Below, one piece after another: positions 40,560-51,654 of a stretch of DNA of 64,000 nucleotides. Each line of letters begins with the position of its first letter. The first letter of the stretch is position 1. Under the pieces are notes generated by a model, which saw nothing but the letters and a program-made list of their open reading frames with translations, made no database searches and was not told the DNA's origin. The position numbers and the translations under genes are program-made. Location of the stretch: the NCBI GenBank assembly GCA_963806225.1, contig CAWDXG010000001.1:1216001-1280000 (forward strand), written 5' to 3'. Source of the DNA: an uncultured delta proteobacterium. GTDB lineage: Bacteria; Myxococcota_A; Polyangia; Polyangiales; Polyangiaceae.

Positions 40560-40989
40560 TCCCCGCGAGCACGCCAGCCAGCAGGTCGTCCGCCATGATC
40601 CCGAGCCCGGGGGGCTCCATGTGCTCCGCGCGTTTGACCGGGCCGGGTTTGACGATGTCGAAGGCGCGGAACAGAGCCAGCGCCAGCAGCTCCGCGCCGA
40701 TGCCGCGTTTCCTGACCATGCCCATGGCGATCAGCGCGCCGGCGACCTCGTCGATGACGACGCTTTGCGGATCCTTCTCGCCCAGGAGCTCCGCCATCTC
40801 GTCGGAAGTCCAGATGCCGGCGAGCGTGATCGCCGCGATGCTGCCGATGTGGACGAGCGGTCCCATGCGCCTGAGCAGAAGGTGGACCGGAAGCGAACCC
40901 AGCGAGCCGACGGTCCCCGGCGCCACGGGAGAGCTGCCGCAGCCGAACCAGGTCGCAAGCCGTCGCACCCAACGTTCCCGGTTGTCCAT
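40537..40989 (-). CDS. pgpA: Phosphatidylglycerophosphatase A
   Basis: TWFG.G..P.APGTVGS, KDP..VVIDEVAG, FRAFDI.KP, GLGIMADDL.AG. Confidence 0.95.
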   Translation of the reverse strand: MDNRERWVRRLATWFGCGSSPVAPGTVGSLGSLPVHLLLRRMGPLVHIGSIAAITLAGIWTSDEMAELLGEKDPQSVVIDEVAGALIAMGMVRKRGIGAELLALALFRAFDIVKPGPVKRAEHMEPPGLGIMADDLLAGVLAGITARLLS

Positions 40990-41053
40990 GGCCGGCGAGC
41001 CTAGCACGGGATCGAATCGCCTCTTCACGTCGGGGCGCGTGGGACCTGTGCGG

Positions 41054-42445
41054 CTAGAGTCGCGCGGCCACGGCTCGCACACTCTCTTCGACGATTCCCA
41101 GCAGACGTTCGAGATCCGCCATCGGGATGTTCAAGCGGTGGCGTCACGTACACGACGTCGCCCAGGGGGCGCAGATACGCGCCGCGGCGGCGCGCCTCGT
41201 CGTATACCCGCCAGCCCACGCCGGCCGTGTAGCCGCTGCCGAGGTCGTCGGTGGTCTCGACCGTGGGTACCGGGCCGTGGACGGCCAGGCGCGGATCGTC
41301 GCGCAGATCGGCCGCGCCCATGCAGCCCTGCGCGCGGACGCCGCAGCACGATGCGGCTCGTCACCGGGTCCTTTGCGAGCCGCTCGAAACACTCGCGGAT
41401 GACGCGTTCGCGCTCCGGCACGCCTTCGACGACCCGCTCGTCGCGATAGACGGCAAGCACCTCGCGCGCCACTGCGGCACCCAGCGGATTGCCGCAGTAC
41501 GAGTGGCCGTAGAGGAAGGCGCTGCCGCGCCCGCCCGAGAACGCATCCAGCACGCGCTGGCTGGTCACGGTTGCGGCCATCGGCAAGACGCCGCCGGTGA
41601 AGCCCTTGGCCGTGCACAGGATGTCGGGCACCACGCCGGCGAGCTCCGAGCCCCACATCGTCCCGAGCCTGCCGTAGCCGGTGAACACCTCGTCCGCGAT
41701 CGAGGAGCACGCCGTGTCGTCGGCACAGCGTCGAAAGCTGCGCGAGATACGCGGCGGGATACAGCCGCATGCCGGCCGCACCCTGCAGGATCGGCTCGAC
41801 CACCAGCGCGGCGAACTGTCCGCCGTCGGCTTCCAGCATCCGCTCCACTGCGCCGAAGGCGCTGTCCCAGTCGGGCAGGCCCGGCACCGGCACCGGCACG
41901 TGCACTGCGTCGAACACCACGCCGGCGAAGGGCCGACGGAACACCTCGACGCCGCCCAGGCTGGTCGCGCCGATCGTTTCCCCGTGGAATGCGCCCTCCA
42001 GCGCGAGAAAGCGCGTGCGCCGGTGACCCGACTGTGCGTGATACTGCACGCTCATCTTGACGGCGGCCTCGACCGCCGTCGATCCGTCGTCGGAGTAGAA
42101 CACCTGGTCGAGGTCGCCTGGCGCGACGGCGGCGAGCTCCTCGGCCAGCAGCGCGGCGGGCGCGTGGGTGATGCCGGCCAGCGACACGTGACACAGAGCA
42201 CGGGCCTGCGTCTCGAGCGCGGACACGAGCCGCGGCGGGTTGTGTCCGAGCGTGGAGACCCACCACGAGCCGTTGCCATCGATGAGCCGGCTGCCGTCGT
42301 GCAGGATCAGGTACGCTCCCTCGGCGCCGGTCACCACCAGCGGGTCGTGGCGCGCGCGCCACTCGTCCATCGGCGTGTAGGGATGCCAGACGTGCTTCCT
42401 GTCGGCGGCCAGGATGGCGGCCAGGTCCGGGCTTGTGCGGCTCAT
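41054..42445 (-). CDS. bioA: Adenosylmethionine-8-amino-7-oxononanoate aminotransferase (apparent frameshifts near 41701, 41330, 41133)
   Basis: HVWHPYT, DG..SWW, SDDGSTAVE.A.KM, FHGET.G, EP.LQGAAGM, IADEVFTG.GR, AKG.TGG, LRPLG..VY..PP. Confidence 0.92.
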
Positions 42446-42606
42446 CGCCCACGGTCTACACCGTCCGTCGGCGACCCGGGCGCGCGCTCGGCGGGGTGTT
42501 CGCAGGTGGGACGGGCCGCGGGCCTGCCAGGCCCGCGCGCCGAGCCGTTGACACGCGCCAATGCGGGCCTATACCCGAACACCAGTTCAAGCGGCCTGGA
42601 GCGCGT

Positions 42607-42729
42607 CTTGATGATGTTTATCAAGTAATTCCAAGCAGTTGAGATTTGAGTTGCAGGGTATCGAGCGCTGTGGCACACGGCAGGCGTCGCAGAAGTGAGC
42701 CGCGGCTCATTCCGACGAGTCTGGATTCA
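42607..42729. promoter_or_regulatory. Inverted repeats in the bioA/tetR divergent region (candidate operators)
   Basis: CTTGATGA-TGT-TTATCAAG (42607-42625); perfect TGAGCCGCGGCTCA (42696-42709); related CGAGTCTGGATTCA 20 bp later. Confidence 0.5.
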
Positions 42730-42741
42730 TCGGGTTCCTGC

Positions 42742-43389
42742 ATGTCGCGACGAACCAAGGGCGCACGCGCTCCCACCCTCCGCAAGGCCATCAAACGCGC
42801 GACGCGCGCCGCGTATCACGAAGCCATCCTCGAGGCGGCCGAACGCGTCTTCGTGCGCGACGGCTATCACGAGACGAAGATGGCCGACGTGGCCGCGGAG
42901 ACGGGGGTGTCGGTCGGCACGCTCTACAACTACTTCGAGAGCAAGGAGCTCGTCTTCGCCTCCATCATCGAGCGCGGACAGGCGGAGCTGGACGCGCGGG
43001 TCGACACCGCTTCGACTGCGGATGATCCGCTGGAGCGGGTACGGGATGTGGTGCGGACGGGCTTCGGCTTCATCGAGGAGCGCGGGGCGCTGTTCACGGT
43101 CTTCATGCAGATCGGTCTGCGCAGCGAAGCGGACATCAAGCGCGTCGCTGGCGACCACGCCGAGCAGGGCTATCAGCGCTTCCTCGGCGTGTTGCAGGGC
43201 GCCATGGAGCAGGCGGCCGAGCAGGGCCGGGTCCGCGCCGACATGACCCCAGCCGCGCTGGCCGGCGCGCTCGCTGGGATGTCGAACGGTTTCATTTTCG
43301 CCTGGTTGCGCAGTGGTCGCAAGGAGAGCCTGACCGACCGGGCCGACGATCTCCTCAAGCTCTTTCTCGAAGGAGCGAAGACGCCATGA
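42742..43389 (+). CDS. TetR/AcrR family transcriptional regulator
   Basis: ILEAAERVF...GY..TKMADVA...GVSVGTLYNYFESKE. Confidence 0.95.
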   Translation: MSRRTKGARAPTLRKAIKRATRAAYHEAILEAAERVFVRDGYHETKMADVAAETGVSVGTLYNYFESKELVFASIIERGQAELDARVDTASTADDPLERVRDVVRTGFGFIEERGALFTVFMQIGLRSEADIKRVAGDHAEQGYQRFLGVLQGAMEQAAEQGRVRADMTPAALAGALAGMSNGFIFAWLRSGRKESLTDRADDLLKLFLEGAKTP

Positions 43390-44345
43390 AACTACGTCCG
43401 AGCCTCGTTGCAGCATTCCTTGTCACCGTCGCGCTGTCCGGTTGCCACAAGAAGAAAGTGGGCGGCGATCTGCCGTCGGCGAGCGGTTCCGCGCCGCCCG
43501 AGATCCCCGAGTTGTCGAACGCGGGATCGGCTGACGATGGTCCCGAAGCCGGCCCAGCGGGCGACGCAGATCACCTTTCCGGCACCGGCACGCTGAAGCC
43601 GCGCAAAGAAGCGCAGCTCGGCCCGAAGGCGAGCGGCAATCTGACCTCCATCAAGGTCGAGGAGGGCGACACCGTCAAGAAGGGCGAGGTGCTGTTCACG
43701 CTCGACTCGAGCCAGGCGTACATCGGCGTGCAGCAGGCCAAAGCGGGCGTACAGGCGGCGAACGTCGGGCTCGACGCCGCCGAGCTCGACTACAAGCGGA
43801 CCAAGGCGCTCTTCGACCGCGGCTCGATCGCGCCGGCGACGTTCGACCAGGTCAAGGCGCGCTACGACGGTGCGAAGGCACAGCTCGAGCAGGCCAAGGC
43901 CGCGCTGAACATGGCGCAGCGGTACGCTTCGGACACCGTGACGCGCTCGCCCATCAGCGGCGTCGTCACGGCGAAGCTCAAGAGCGTCGGCGAGACCGCC
44001 ACCATGATGCCGCCCACGATCGTGCTGATCGTTCAGGACATCGACGTGCTCGAACTCCACGCGCGAATGCCCGAGCGGGCGCTGTCCTACGTGAAGGCGG
44101 GGGACATCATCCACGCCCACATTCCTTCGCTCGACATGAACCGCGACGTGAAGGTCAAGCGAGTGAACCCCTCGGTCGACCCGCGTTCGCGGACTATCGA
44201 GGTGGTCGCCGACCTCGACAACAAGGATCACAAGCTCAAGCCCGGCATGCTGGTCGAGGTCCGCTACAACGTCGCGGGAGGCGGCCATCCGCCGAAGCAC
44301 GGTGACCCCGGCAAGCCGGCGGCGAAGGCCCAGGTCGACCCATGA
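43386..44345 (+). CDS. RND efflux periplasmic adaptor (MFP) lipoprotein
   Basis: Lipobox LSGC; V.EGD.VKKG..L, SPISGVV, VDP.SRT, LKPGM. Confidence 0.95.
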   Translation: MKLRPSLVAAFLVTVALSGCHKKKVGGDLPSASGSAPPEIPELSNAGSADDGPEAGPAGDADHLSGTGTLKPRKEAQLGPKASGNLTSIKVEEGDTVKKGEVLFTLDSSQAYIGVQQAKAGVQAANVGLDAAELDYKRTKALFDRGSIAPATFDQVKARYDGAKAQLEQAKAALNMAQRYASDTVTRSPISGVVTAKLKSVGETATMMPPTIVLIVQDIDVLELHARMPERALSYVKAGDIIHAHIPSLDMNRDVKVKRVNPSVDPRSRTIEVVADLDNKDHKLKPGMLVEVRYNVAGGGHPPKHGDPGKPAAKAQVDP

Positions 44346-47300
44346 ACCTCGCCGACGTCTCCATCCGGCGGCCCGTCTTCGCGGTGATGATGATCGCCGC
44401 GCTGGTGGTGTTCGGCATCGTGAGCTACCCGCGCATCGGCGTCGATCTGTTCCCGGACGTCGAGTTTCCGGTCGTCACGGTGACCGTCGTCTACCCGGGC
44501 GGCGACCCGGAGACGATGGAGAGCAAGGTCGCCGATCCCATCGAGGAGCAGCTCAACACGCTGAGCGGGATCAAGGTGCTGCGCTCGGTCAACCTGGAGA
44601 GCGTCACCCAGGTCGTGGTCCAGTTCCAGCTCGAGGTGCCGGTCGAACAGGCCGTCCAGGACATCCGCGACAAGATGTCCCAGGTCCAGAAGGACCTGCC
44701 CGACGGCATCGACCCACCGACGATCCAGAAGTTCGATGTCGGCGCGGCGCCGATCATGGCGGTTGCGCTCAGCGGAAAGATCGGACCGAAGGATCTGACG
44801 CACCTCGCGGACAAGGTCGTCAAGGAGCGCGTCCAACGCGTGCCCGGCGTCGGCGGCGTGGATCTGGTTGGCGACCGCGAACGCGAGATCCAGGTGCTGG
44901 TCAACCCGGCGAAGCTGGTCGGGATGGGGCTCGCGGTCACCGACGTCGAGAATGCGCTCAAGGCCCAGAACCTCGACATCCCAGGCGGCCACTTCGAGCG
45001 CGGTTCGCAGCGAGCTCAATGTCAAGACGAAGGGCGAGGTGAAGAGCGCGGACGAAGTCGCGCGCATCGCCATCCCCAACCCGATCGGGACGCTCGATCC
45101 GCATACGCGACGTGGCCCAGGTCGAAGGACACCGTGAAGGATGCGCGGTCCGCGTCCTTCCTCGACGGCACGTCCGCTATCTCGCTGGTGATCCGCAAAC
45201 AGTCCGGCGGCAACACCGTGGAAGTGGCGAGACGCGTGCGCGCAGGAGCTCGCAAAGCTCGAACCGCGTCGTGAAGAAGCACGGCGTCACGATGGCGGTG
45301 CCGACGGACAACTCCGTCTACATCGAGCACTCCATCCACGACGTGCAGTTCGATTTGATGTTCGGCGCGTTCCTCGCCGTCTTCATCATCCTGCTGTTCC
45401 TGCACGACGTACGGGCGACGATCATCAGCGCCATCGCTCTGCCGACGAGCGTGGTCGGCACGTTCGCGTTCATGGACCTGTTCGGGTTCACGTTCAACAA
45501 CATGTCCATGCTCGCGCTGTCGCTCTCGATCGGCATCCTGATCGACGACGCCATCGTCGTGATCGAGAACATCCATCGACACCTGGAAGAAGGCGAGTCG
45601 AGCGTCGAGGCCGCTTCGAAGGGCACCGGCGAGATCTTCCTGGCGGTGCTGGCGACGACGTCGTCGATCCTGGCCGTGTTCGTGCCCGTGGCGTTCATGA
45701 AGGGCATCATCGGGCGCTTCTTCTTCCAGTTCGGCGTGACCGTCAGCGTGGCGGTGGCCCTGTCGATGCTCGTGTCGTTCACGCTGACGCCGATGCTCTC
45801 GTCGCGCTTCTTGATGGCCGAGCACGAGCGGAAGCGTCCGAACTTCATTTTCCGCGGCATCGAGCGTTTCCTGAAAGCGACGGACCGCGCCTACGGCCGG
45901 CTGCTCGGCGCGGCGCTCCGGCACCGATTCCTGACGGTTGCCATCGCTCTGGCGTCGCTGGTCGGCTCCGTTCTTCCTGGTGACGCAGGTCAAGACGGAG
46001 TTCCTGCCGCCGGAGGACCGCGCGCAGTTCGCGGTCAACGTCGAGCTTCCGACGGGAACGTCGCTGGATGGCAGCGAGAAGGTCATCGAGGCGGTGGCCA
46101 ACGACATCCGCAAGCATGCGCCCGGCATCCGCCACACCTTGACCACGATCGGCGAGGGCGCGCAGGGGCAGGTGAACCAGGGCACGATCCAGGTCGTGAT
46201 GACGCCGTCGAGCGAACGCAGCTTCAGCCAGCAGGATCTGATGGCGTGGGTGCGCGATCGCTTCAAGCACGTCAAACAGGCCAAGATCACGGCCAACGAG
46301 ATCAGCGCTGTGGGAGGCGGCTCGGGCTTCCGCACCCAACCGATCCAGTTCAACATCCGCGGCGATGACATGAACGAGCTCGTGCGCGTGTCGGCCAAGC
46401 TCAAGAACGCCCTGGCCAAGGTGCCGGGCTTCGTGGATCTCGATACGACCTACCGCGGTGGCAAGCCGGAGGTGGACATCGACATCGCCCGTGAGCGGGC
46501 TGCCGACCTCGGCGTGCCCGTGGCCGGCGTGGGCAGCACCATCCGCGCGTTCATGGCGGGCGACACCGTCAGTACGCTCAAGGACGGGCTCGACGTCTAC
46601 GACGTCACCGTGCAGATGCCCAAGCGTCTGCGCGCCGACATCGCGCAGCTCAACAACCTGCAGGTCCGCTCCGTCAGCGGTCAACTCGTGGACCTGTCGA
46701 GCGTCGTCAAGGTCAGCCACGGCGAAGGACCGAGCGTGATCGAGCGGCAGGCCCGCCAGCGGCAGATCACCGTGCTGGCCGCGATGGAGGGAATGCCGCT
46801 CGGAGAGGCGAAGAAGATCGTCGACCAGAAGGCGAAACAGATCGTCCCCTCGAACCTGACGACCGACTACGCCGGCATGGCCGACATCATGACGGAGTCC
46901 TTCGGCTACATGATGCTCGCGCTGGGGCTGGCCGTCGTCCTCGTCTACATGATCCTGGCCGCCCAGTTCGACAGCTTCCTGCAGCCGATCACGATCATGC
47001 TCTCGTTGCCGCTGAGCGTCGTCGGCGCATTCGGCGGTCTGTTCGTGGCGGGCATGACGCTGAACATCTTCTCGATGATCGGGATCATCATGCTGATGGG
47101 CCTGGTCACGAAGAACGCGATCCTGCTGGTCGACTTTGCCGACCAGTTGCGTGACCGGGGGCTGGACGTGTTCGAGGCATTGACCCAGGCGGGCATCATC
47201 CGGCTCAGACCCATCCTGATGACCACCGCAGCGATGATCTTCGGCATGCTGCCGGTCGCGCTGGCGCTGAGCGAAGGCGGGAAGACCCGGGCGCCGATGG

Positions 47301-47497
47301 CTGTGTGCGTGATCGGGGGTCTTCTGACCTCGACCCTGCTCACGCTGGTCGTGATCCCCGTCGTCTACACGTTCATGGATTCGCTCTCCCACAACCGGCT
47401 TGTGCGCTGGCTCAGCCAGAAGCTCCTCAGTCAGAGCAAGGGGCACGAGTCCGGCGCTGCACCCCAACCTTCAACTTCCGGGAGCTCGAGCACGTGA
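44342..47497 (+). CDS. RND efflux permease, AcrB/MdtBC-like (frameshifts near 45008, 45097-45125, 45250, 45968)
   Basis: [51 protein letters not shown] motifs spread over several frames. Confidence 0.92.
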
Positions 47498-49103
47498 GAG
47501 CCAAGTCACTATCCACCTGGTTGTGTGCAGGGGCGCTGACTGCGCTCCCGATGGCGGCGTCGGCCCAGCCGGGCCCGGCAGGCGCTCCGGCGCCGAAGCC
47601 GGCGCCGAAGCGGCGCCCGCCGCCGCCGCGCCTGCGGCACAGCCTGCCGCCCAGCCCGCCGCCGCCGCGACCGACCAGCCCAAGCTGCAGAAGCGCGAGC
47701 TGCCCGACCGTCCGGGGCCCGCGCTCAAGGTGCTGTCGCCGGTGGCCGGCGGTCTGACCGCCGACCAGGTGGCGCGCCGCACCGTGGCGTCGAGTGCGAC
47801 CGTGCGGGCGAAGCAGGCCCAGCTCGAGGCCGCCGAGGACAAGGCCAACGAGACGATGTACCAGTTCTTCCCGAAGCTCACCTTCCGGGCCAGCTACACC
47901 AGGCTCTCGCCCGTGTCGTCCGGCTTCGGCTCGGGCGCGCTGGTCGGCGCGGTGAACGCCGGGCCGCTCGGCGTGGGGCCCTGCGCGCCGGGCGCGCCGC
48001 AGACGTGCGTGCTGGACTCCGGCGGAACGCCGGTCGGCGCCGCCAAGTTCGATATCAAGTTCCTCGAGAACAACTACGCGCTCTCGGCCGACCTCGACGT
48101 CCCGATCTCGGACTACATCCTCAGGTTGTCGCACGCGGCCGCCGCCTCGTCGGCGAGTCGCCGGGCGGCCAAGCTCGGGGTGCGCGCCGAGAAGCTCAAG
48201 GTGCAGAACGACGGCCGCGTGCTGTTCTACAACTGGCTGCGCGCCAAGGGGCAGGTTGCCGTCGCAGAGAAGTCGCTGGAGCAGGTCCAGGCGCGGCAGA
48301 AGGATGCCAAGACGGCGTATTCGCTCGGCGCCATTTCCAAGGCCGACCTGATGCGGCTCGAGGCGCTGGTCGCGAACACCGAGCTGATGGTGAAGCAGGC
48401 CGAGACGCTGCAGCAGCTGACCGACGCGCAGCTCGGCATCTACATGGGCGACAAGACCCCGCGAAAGTACACGATCGGCGAGGACGTTCTGGCGCCCGCG
48501 GCCAAGCCGGTCAACGGCACGCTGCCCGCCCTGGAGCGCAGTGCGCTCCGCCGTCGCCTCGAGATCCGGGTGCTGGACGCCACGGCCAAGGCACTGCACA
48601 GAGGCTCGAGCGCGCAGGCCGTCGGCAAGCTGCCGCGCCTCGACGCTTTCGGCAACGTGACCTACGCGAACCCGAACCAGCGCTACTTCCCGCCCCAGCA
48701 GCGCTGGGACGCGACCTGGAGCGTGGGCATCGCCGCCACCTGGACGGTGGGCGACACCTTCGTCAACTCGGCCGCCGCGTCGGAGCTCGAGGCGCAGGCG
48801 CGCGGCGTCGAGGCGCAGCGCAAGGCGCTGGCCGACGGCATCCGGCAGGAGGTCACGGCCGACTATCTGCAGCGCGAAAAGGCCAAGGTGGCGGTGCGGA
48901 CCAGCAAGCGTGCGGTGGCAGCCGCTGCCGAAGCGTACCGGGTGGCGACCGACCTGTACCGCGTCGGCCGCGCCACGACGACCGAGCTGATCGACGCCGA
49001 ATCGGACCTGCTGCAGGCCCGACTGGGGCAGCTCAACGCGCGTATCGATCTCAAGGTCGCCAACGTCAAGCTGCGCCACGCCATCGGACAGGACGTGCGG
49101 TAG
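47494..49103 (+). CDS. TolC family outer-membrane efflux protein (frameshift near 47610)
   Basis: Signal peptide from GTG 47494; Y..G..S..DL and YRVGRATTTELIDAE TolC repeats. Confidence 0.9.
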
Positions 49104-49115
49104 GGCCTGCCTGCC

Positions 49116-51599
49116 ATGAGCCCGAGCGCACGCTATGTGGCGTGGCTTGTACGGCGCCGCGTCGTTGTGCTCGTGCTAGCGGCTGTCGTCGCGGCCGTCG
49201 CCGGCTACCGCACCGTGCGCACCTACGCCGCGCTCAGGAGCGATCTGGAAGAGCTCCTGCCCGTCACGGCGCCGAGTGTGCAGGCGCTGGACGTGTTGCG
49301 CGCGCGGCTGCCCGGCATCCGCCACCTGGGCGTGGTGGTCGACACCGGCGGGAAACGGAACGTCGGGGCCGCCAACCGTTTCCTCGACGATCTGGCGAAG
49401 CGCATCCGGCACTACCCGCCCCACCTGGTGGGTGCGGTGCGCACGGACGTCGACACCGAGCGCCGCTTCATCGAGACCTACCTGCTGCAGCTGATGGCCC
49501 CCGCCGACGTGCGCAAGCTCGTCACGGCGGTCGAGAAGCGTCGCGACTGGGAAGTCACGCGCAAGATGGGCATCAACCTCCTGACCGACGAGGAAGAGCC
49601 CGAGCCCAAGCTGCCGGTCGACGAGCTTCGCAGGAAGTACGACCAGCGCTACGGGCAGCCCAGCGGCTTTCCCGGCGGCCGCCTCGTGTCCGCCGATGGC
49701 GGGACGGCGGTGCTGCTCGTCCAGGCGAGCAACCAGGCGACCAGCTACGAGGCCGACCAGGAGCTGCTCGACCACGTGAAGCAGGACATCTCCGAGCTGG
49801 GATTCCCGGGCGCCTACGGAAAAGGCATGCGGGTGGGCTTCGCCGGCGACGTGGCCACGCGCGTCGAGGAGCTCACGGGCCTGTTCACCGATCTGTCCGC
49901 CTCCGGCGTCCTGGTGCTGCTGCTCGTGGTCGGGGTCATCGTGTGGTTCTTCCGGTCCTGGCGTGCGCTGCCGCTGCTCGGCCTGCCGCTGCTCGCCGGG
50001 ACGCTGGCGGCGTTCGGCATCGTCGCGCTGCCTCCGCTCGGCATCCGCCACCTGAACTCGAACACGGCGTTCCTCGGGTCCATCGTCGTCGGCAACGGCA
50101 TCAACAGCGGCATCATCCTGCTGGCGCGTTTCACGGAAGAACGCCGCCGGGGCGTTGGCCTCGACGAGGCGATCTCGACGGCCGTCTCCGGGACGTGGAA
50201 ACCGACGCTGGCCGCGGCGCTGGCGGCATCCGCCGCCTACGGCTCGCTGGTGTTCACCGCCTTCCGCGGCTTCAACCAGTTCGGCTGGATCGGCGGATTC
50301 GGCATGCTTTCCTGCTGGGTGACGACCTTCGTCCTGGCGCCGCCGCTCTTGTCGTTGTTCGGCGCGCCGCTCGGTGGCGCGCGCCGGCCGCGCGACGGCG
50401 CGCGACCGGGTCCGCTGCGCCGCTCGGCCCAGTGGCTGCTCGGGCGGCCGCGTTCGGTGCTCGCTGGCACCGTCCTGCTCGCGGTGCTGTCGCTTCTGGG
50501 GCTGCATCGTCGCGCGGGCGACTGGATCCAGTACGATCTGTCCAAGCTGCGCCGCCGCGAGGCACCGGGGCAGGGCGAGCGGTACTGGGGCAGGCGGATG
50601 GACGCGACGCTCCAGCGCTACCTGACGCCCACCGTCGTCATGGCCGACACGCCGCGGCAGGCGCGCTTGATCGAAGAGCGCGCCCGCAAGCTCGCCCGCG
50701 AGGGGCGCGCGGGGGGATTGATCGGCACGGTGAGGAGCGCCGCGGACGTGCTGCGCCCCGACCGCGCCGAATCGATTGCCGCCGCACGCAAGCTGAAGAA
50801 GGTGCTGACGCCCCACATGCTGTCGGAGCTCTCCGACAAGGATCGAAAGCTCGTCGAGCGCGCCTTGTCGCCACCGGCCCTGGTTCCGCTGCAGGCGCGC
50901 CAGGTCCCGGACGTGCTTCTGGCGGGACTGCGGGAGTACGGCGGGCGCGTCGATCGCAGCGTGCTCGTTTACCCGAAGCTCAGCTCGGGGACGTGGGACA
51001 CGCGCCGCATGGAAGCGTTCACGCACGACCTCAGACGCGCGGCCACGGTGGACGGCCGCGCGGTGCCCGTGGCCGGCTCGCTCCTGCTCTCGAGCGACAT
51101 CGCTACCGCGATGAAGCACGACGGGCCGAAAGCCACGGCGCTGTCGCTGGTCGCGGTGCTGCTCATCTGTCTGTTCTCGTTCCGTTCGCTGGGGCTGTCG
51201 CTGGCCGCGGTGGCCTCCGTCTTCGTCGGCGTGGCGCTGATGCTGGGCGGGCTGGCGTGGGGCGGCGCCAAGCTGAACTTCTCGAACTTCGTCGCGCTGC
51301 CCATCACGTTCGGGATCGGCGCCGACTACTCGATCAACATGCTCAAGCGCTACCAGGCCGAGGGGCGCCTCGATCTGCGCGCGGCGCTGGGAGCGACGGG
51401 CGGCGCGGTGGCGCTGTGCTCCGCCACCACGATCATCGGGTTCGGATCGCTGCTGGTCGCGCAGAACCGCGCGCTGTTCTCCTTCGGTGTGTTCGCAGTG
51501 TCCGGCGAGCTCGCCTGCCTGGTCACCGCCATCATCGCGCTGCCGGCGGCGCTGGTGCTGCTCGGGCAGGCTTCCGTCCCGCGAGCCGGCACGGACTAG
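49116..51599 (+). CDS. MMPL family (RND superfamily) transporter
   Basis: Two TM blocks with G.GINSGI.LL.RF.EE and ITFGIGADYSI; TT.IGFGSL. Confidence 0.9.
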   Translation: MSPSARYVAWLVRRRVVVLVLAAVVAAVAGYRTVRTYAALRSDLEELLPVTAPSVQALDVLRARLPGIRHLGVVVDTGGKRNVGAANRFLDDLAKRIRHYPPHLVGAVRTDVDTERRFIETYLLQLMAPADVRKLVTAVEKRRDWEVTRKMGINLLTDEEEPEPKLPVDELRRKYDQRYGQPSGFPGGRLVSADGGTAVLLVQASNQATSYEADQELLDHVKQDISELGFPGAYGKGMRVGFAGDVATRVEELTGLFTDLSASGVLVLLLVVGVIVWFFRSWRALPLLGLPLLAGTLAAFGIVALPPLGIRHLNSNTAFLGSIVVGNGINSGIILLARFTEERRRGVGLDEAISTAVSGTWKPTLAAALAASAAYGSLVFTAFRGFNQFGWIGGFGMLSCWVTTFVLAPPLLSLFGAPLGGARRPRDGARPGPLRRSAQWLLGRPRSVLAGTVLLAVLSLLGLHRRAGDWIQYDLSKLRRREAPGQGERYWGRRMDATLQRYLTPTVVMADTPRQARLIEERARKLAREGRAGGLIGTVRSAADVLRPDRAESIAAARKLKKVLTPHMLSELSDKDRKLVERALSPPALVPLQARQVPDVLLAGLREYGGRVDRSVLVYPKLSSGTWDTRRMEAFTHDLRRAATVDGRAVPVAGSLLLSSDIATAMKHDGPKATALSLVAVLLICLFSFRSLGLSLAAVASVFVGVALMLGGLAWGGAKLNFSNFVALPITFGIGADYSINMLKRYQAEGRLDLRAALGATGGAVALCSATTIIGFGSLLVAQNRALFSFGVFAVSGELACLVTAIIALPAALVLLGQASVPRAGTD

Positions 51600-51654
51600 C
51601 GCGCGCCAGCGCGTGCGCGACAACGGGCGAACGCTCGTCTAACCTTCGCCGCAT

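Noticed and set aside
42446..42606. BirA operator or riboswitch upstream of bioA
   Set aside because: No recognisable BirA-type palindrome or known riboswitch motif seen.
41054..47497. bioA and RND permease as true pseudogenes or programmed frameshifts
   Set aside because: No nonsense codons or slippery sites; the clustered single-base indels fit assembly error.
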